DNA of 64,000 nt from Actinomycetota bacterium (lineage in GTDB: Bacteria > Actinomycetota > Acidimicrobiia > Acidimicrobiales > Ilumatobacteraceae): the NCBI GenBank assembly GCA_046091605.1, contig JBJTCB010000016.1:2593-66592 (forward strand). Direction: 5' to 3'. Under the pieces are notes generated by a model that saw only the letters and a list, made by a program, of their open reading frames with translations, did not search any database and was not told the DNA's origin. A program made the translations under genes and the position numbers. This document shows positions 63,544-64,000 of the stretch, piece by piece (positions within the stretch are counted from its first letter, which is position 1; each line of letters begins with the position of its first letter).

Positions 63544-64000
63544 CCCGGTTCGGCGCACCGCCGACCGTCCCGCGATCAGCCCGGCGATCGCGGCGCAGGC
63601 GACATCGACCACGATGAACACCACCCGACTCGCGACCGCGACCGACACCGCGACACCTGTCGGCACCGACGGCGAGACGAGTGCCGCGAACACCGCCTCG
63701 CGCACGCCGATCCCCCCGGGCACCCCGACGACCAGGAACCCGACCAGCCACGACAGCGACGAGGCACACAACATGTGGGCGAATCCGATGTCGGCCCCGA
63801 AGGCCGATGCCGTCACCTGTGTGGCGAGAGAGATCAGCACCCACGATGGTGCATGGGCCGCGACGAGTCGTGCGAGCGAGATCGTCGAGGGCGGCGTTCC
63901 GAGACGCGAGAACAACCGTGCCGCGGTCGATCCCACGAGCGGGATCGACGGTGACAGCACGCCACAGACGACTGCTGCCGTTGCGGCGACACCGGCCAGG
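63529..64000 (-). CDS. Lysylphosphatidylglycerol-synthase-TM-region-like (UPF0104) membrane protein, 5'-truncated by the window edge
   Basis: The frame stays open to nt 64000 beyond the ORF-track start. The product is hydrophobic, with VPGGIGVREAVF typical of this flippase-like family. It overlaps the convergent FrhB-like gene by 15 nt. Confidence 0.6.
   Translation of the reverse strand, partial: LAGVAATAAVVCGVLSPSIPLVGSTAARLFSRLGTPPSTISLARLVAAHAPSWVLISLATQVTASAFGADIGFAHMLCASSLSWLVGFLVVGVPGGIGVREAVFAALVSPSVPTGVAVSVAVASRVVFIVVDVACAAIAGLIAGRSAVRRTGSAEA

Overview
This window is a visibly GC-rich, densely coding chromosomal segment with actinobacterial character. Its gene order looks Acidimicrobiia-like. 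I support about 60 protein genes, 2 tRNAs and no rRNA, CRISPR array, transposase or integrase.

All product calls come from reading motifs in the supplied translations. No database search was run, and start codons are my best choices (RBS and frame checked by hand).

**Layout**
- 0-7.3 kb, accessory: a membrane protein truncated by the window edge, a decayed blue-copper (cupredoxin) remnant, a Baeyer-Villiger monooxygenase, a DEAD-box helicase with an Arg/Asp repeat tail, an amidase, a PPOX-like protein and tRNA-Pro.
- 7.4-26.7 kb, conserved housekeeping block: tig-clpP-clpX-folC-ndk-mreB-mreC-mreD-mrdA-rodA-rne-rplU-rpmA, a dGTPase-like gene, obg-proB and murJ.
- 26.7-31.2 kb: a tight four-gene operon of MoxR(CoxD-like) AAA+, VWA(CoxE-like), a short GMC-like flavoprotein and an MBL-fold hydrolase.
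- 31-39 kb, metabolic and accessory genes: SURF1, an APH-like kinase, an acyl-CoA synthetase with an apparent 5' frameshift, a PEP-mutase/ICL-family gene, metX behind a SAM-riboswitch-like leader, small membrane proteins and EamA.
- 39.3-43.4 kb: tRNA-Gly, an odd ~290-nt lower-GC spacer and a heterodimeric ABC exporter.
- 43.4-50.2 kb: a sulfur block (TauD-family gene, split siroheme synthase, sulfite reductase) followed by two tandem LLM (F420-type) oxidoreductases.
- 50.2-54.2 kb: lipid-type catabolic genes.
- 54.2-58.1 kb: a divergent NrtR-like regulator facing an ADP-ribosylglycohydrolase-CX5R phosphatase fusion that is translationally coupled to a YbjN-like/CbbX-type AAA+ ATPase.
- 58.2-64 kb: an envelope glycan module of GT-C, GT2, pyruvyl transferase, FrhB-like protein and a flippase-like protein.

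**Best candidates for an undescribed system**
- The NrtR / ARH-phosphatase / AAA+ module.
- The MoxR-VWA-GMC-MBL operon.

**Smaller observations worth a second look**
- The cupredoxin remnant.
- The SAM-I/IV-like leader upstream of metX.
- The acyl-CoA synthetase frameshift.
- Duplicated stop-codon regions in one convergent spacer.
- Several repeat or operator candidates.
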